From assembly GCA_964252035.1 (NCBI GenBank), contig OZ176204.1: DNA of 64,000 nucleotides. One strand, written 5' to 3'. Below the pieces are notes generated by a model. It searched no databases. It had not been told where the DNA came from and worked only from the letters and a program-made list of their open reading frames with translations. Origin of the DNA: Podarcis erhardii (taxonomy: Eukaryota). This document shows, in pieces, positions 60,861-64,000 of this stretch (positions are counted from its first letter, which is position 1; each line of letters starts with the position of its first letter). The position numbers and the translations under genes were made by a program.

Positions 60861-63136
60861 AGCTGCAGGCAAGCTTGTAATCCTAAACTGTTTTCAAGAC
60901 AGCTAGTGAATGAATCATTATTAGAAATTACTTCTTTGGTGGCGTTAATACCCCAATTAAATGTTAAGTGGCTGCCAGGAGAAATCTCTGTGGCATTCTG
61001 GTAAGTGCTTAGTCCCAATTATCACGTTGTGGGGAGCAGGACAAGCAGGCAGGCTTCAGTTACATAACCCAGAAGCCTTTGGGGGAGTGGCTGATGTAAA
61101 TGCACAAAGTGCTGCAGTATGTACATCAGAACAGGGATGGAGAACCTTTTTGCAGAGTGAGGGCCACATTCCCTTGTGGGCAACCTTTTGGGAGCCACAT
61201 GCCTGTGGTGGGAGGGGACAGAGGAAAAAGCAGACAAGTGTCAGAAATAAAAGGGTAACAGATAGGACTCTCTGCTTTGTACATTTTCTGCCATCCAAAG
61301 GTCAGTGGTTTCTGCATATGCACCCATCTCCAACCTTCATTCAGATAAACCTTTGCTTTAAAACTTCCAAGAAAGGAGAGTTCACGACCTCTAAAACCTT
61401 ACAGGCTTTTATTGTTGCCTGGTTTCTGTGCTTAGATCACAGCTTTCAGTTTAATTATTGCAATGTTTTTAATGTGTTATCTGCTCTGTATGCACTTTTT
61501 AAATTTGTGGCTGTGTTTTTAGATAGCTCATTTATGTCAAGGATGCTTGCTACCTCCTTTTATCCGTTGTTGGCTTGCATTATTGCTATTATTGTCATAC
61601 TGTATATATTTTTTAATTTAAAAAACTTTAACACATGGTGAACATTCTAATGGAACGGGAGGGCATAAATGACTGAAATAAATGAATTTTGAAGGCACAG
61701 CTTGAAAAGCAGTAGTTAACATGTGGATATTTAGAATTTGTTAAGGCTCTTTTGCACAGAGGGGTCACAAACCAACACTAAGTTAAACGGGTTTAAGGTC
61801 ATTGAATCCACAAGCTTAAGCAGGCTTAACTCCATGTTGGATTGGGGCCAATGTGTCTGTTCTGCTCCTGCAGAACTGAAATACCCTCACAGCAGGATGT
61901 TAGCTCAGATATATTTTTTTTTAAGTCCTACATAAAGTTCTAATTGTGTCAGAGAACAGTATTTCCAGTCATCCATCTTCCTATCAAACCAGTGTATTTC
62001 AACTGTTTCATCCCCACTGGAAGTTTCCCTCTTCTTTTGAACTTTTATTTATATTCTCTCAGTTGCTTCTACCAGAGGATCTCATGCGCATAGATCAGAC
62101 CCCTTCAAAAAAGTCATTTGAATTACAGTGATTTTTTTTCCAAGTAGGGAAGCAACTATCTCAACTTCTCTTTTTTTAAAAAAGGAAAAAAGTAAACAAT
62201 AGTAACTTCAGTTAGAGATATGCAGAATGTGACCTATTTCCACAAAATGCATAGTGATGCTAGCAGACAGCAGTGGAATTTGTTAGGCCGCCTGGGAAAA
62301 TAAGGGTTGAAATGTTCTTGTTTACAAAGCTGACTTCTCATCTCACATAAAAATCAGCAGAAGTGGAAAAGGGGGGGGGGGGAGAGGATGGGAGAGAGAA
62401 AAGAAACCATTCACAATAGATGTGTCAACCAGAAGCTATTCCCACTTGTCTTGTTTGTGTTGAAGTCTGTGACAGAATATTTTTTTATCCATTATTTTTT
62501 CAATGATATGTCGACATAAATTCAGTTTCATGCTATACGTTTATGTGAGAAATTCTGCAGCTCCATATGCAGCTGCAATTTGAAGAACTGCAGAAGGCTA
62601 TTGACTTTGGCTGCACTGAAGTGCACTGTGTCTAAGGAAAAAGCCAAGGCCCAAAACTTTATCTCTGGGAATATTCCAGAAAAAACACCCGTTCGTCAGC
62701 TCAGAACTGGTATGGTAGAGCAGATTCTGTAAAACGGAGAGTGATGCTCCCAATCTGGCTGGGGCCTGAAAGGCTCTCATGAGAATTCTACAAATTTGGG
62801 CTTCCCTTTTTTAAAAAGTAAAGACACAACCCCATCGAAAAGGAAAGTATCTTCATGAATGGACAGGGAGCACTAAAAGATAGCAGGGAGTGCAACCATT
62901 GCCCACCCTTCTCTAGTCTTGCTTGTGTAAGATTACGACACCTATTCCACTAACTTGCATTCCCCGATTTATACAAAATCATGGATTTTATTTAGCAGGT
63001 TCTCAAATGAACTTATTTTGGCTGGTACACTATTATCATGAAAGAAATGGACGTCACAACACTTGCACGCTTGTGGACCAATTGCAAAAGCTGTCCAATT
63101 TGGGGGAAGGGTGATTTTTATTGTAACCATGTAGCA

Positions 63137-63437
63137 CATGGGTGGGAAACCTCAGACCTAGGGGCCAAAAGTCCCCTGGAAACTCTCCCAAGCCACTCCG
63201 TTCACGGGCTGTGCTTCACACCCCCAGTATTTTGCCTGACCGGAATGTTTCATTGAACTATTATGATGTCTCTTGTTTGTCTGAATGAAGGACAGTGAGG
63301 GAACTGTATGTGCTGAAACTGGCCTACTGCACAAGGGAAAATTAAGTCAATGCTCTGCCTACCACTGGCATGTGGCCCTCAGAAGCTTTCCTCGAAGGGA
63401 AAGTGGCTCTCTAGCTGAAAAACATTCCCCACTCATG
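63137..63437. mobile_element. hAT non-autonomous element
   Basis: Imperfect TIR CATGGGTGGGAA / TTCCCCACTCATG; 8-bp TSD ATGT(A/G)GCA at 63129-63136 and 63438-63445. Confidence 0.75.
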
Positions 63438-64000
63438 ATGTGGCACCACATGTTCATCATATCGGCACAGCTGTGTCGATAACTATGTCAAAATATTCCA
63501 TCCAGGATGAAGCCTTGGGCCCAGAAAAACAGCTAAGACCACCTCTAAAAACAAACCAAATAAATCTACCTGCCCTCGAGAAACCCTCACCAGAATCCCA
63601 GCCCAGAATCACTTGTGTTTCCTGGTCCCTTTTCAACATTAGTCCCATTCAAGTCCTCCATCCAACACTGCCTGGTCCAACTTCCTCCTTTTGTCCCTTG
63701 GCGCTCTCCCTATCAACACTTATCTGGCAGGCTCCTAGTCACTTCCTGGAATGATTGAGTTGTCTGGTTTTGAAGCTAAGCACCATTTATCTCATGGGAA
63801 AAGATGGGAGCATTTTTACTAGGCCAGCCTTACCCTGAGGCAAGGTGAGTCAGATGCCGCCAGTGCTGAGTTTCAGGTGCAATGAAGACTAGAAGGCTTT
63901 ATCTGGTGTTATAATAACAAAGGTTCTTGTTGAAAGAGGTGAAAGGGGGCAGCAAGGAAAATGGGCCTGGGGAGGTGCATTTCATATGACCTGAATTGCA

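Noticed and set aside
60961-61641. Longest ORF (226 aa) as a new gene
   Set aside because: TTG start, no recognisable domain, 3' half runs through a T-rich L2-like tail, no splice-supported structure
54430-64000. Start of a downstream neighbour gene (AFAP1L2 by recalled human synteny)
   Set aside because: No CpG island or recognisable coding exon in this interval

Overview
Vertebrate (squamate, probably lacertid lizard, inferred from Sauria SINE subfamilies) genomic DNA carrying the 3' part of ABLIM1 (actin-binding LIM protein 1) on the + strand. Seventeen coding exons (529-49816) splice into one 486-aa frame ending in the villin headpiece. The model needs an 8-nt microexon (45296-45303), a GC-AG intron (donor 46545) and a rare GAG acceptor behind a ~150-nt AG-free zone (29099). 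A ~4.6-kb 3'UTR probably ends near AATAAA 54389. Three further frame-preserving candidate exons (21, 48, 39 nt) cluster at 26.5-27.4 kb. Introns and the downstream region hold Sauria SINEs (one 5'-inverted), tRNA/CR1-tail SINEs, L2 tails, Tc1/mariner and hAT MITEs, and a young Penelope-like insertion (3032-3442) with a perfect 111-bp inverted repeat carrying minimal hammerhead-ribozyme motifs. No second protein-coding gene is supported. ABLIM1 naming and comparisons rest on my recollection of mammalian sequences; no searches were run.
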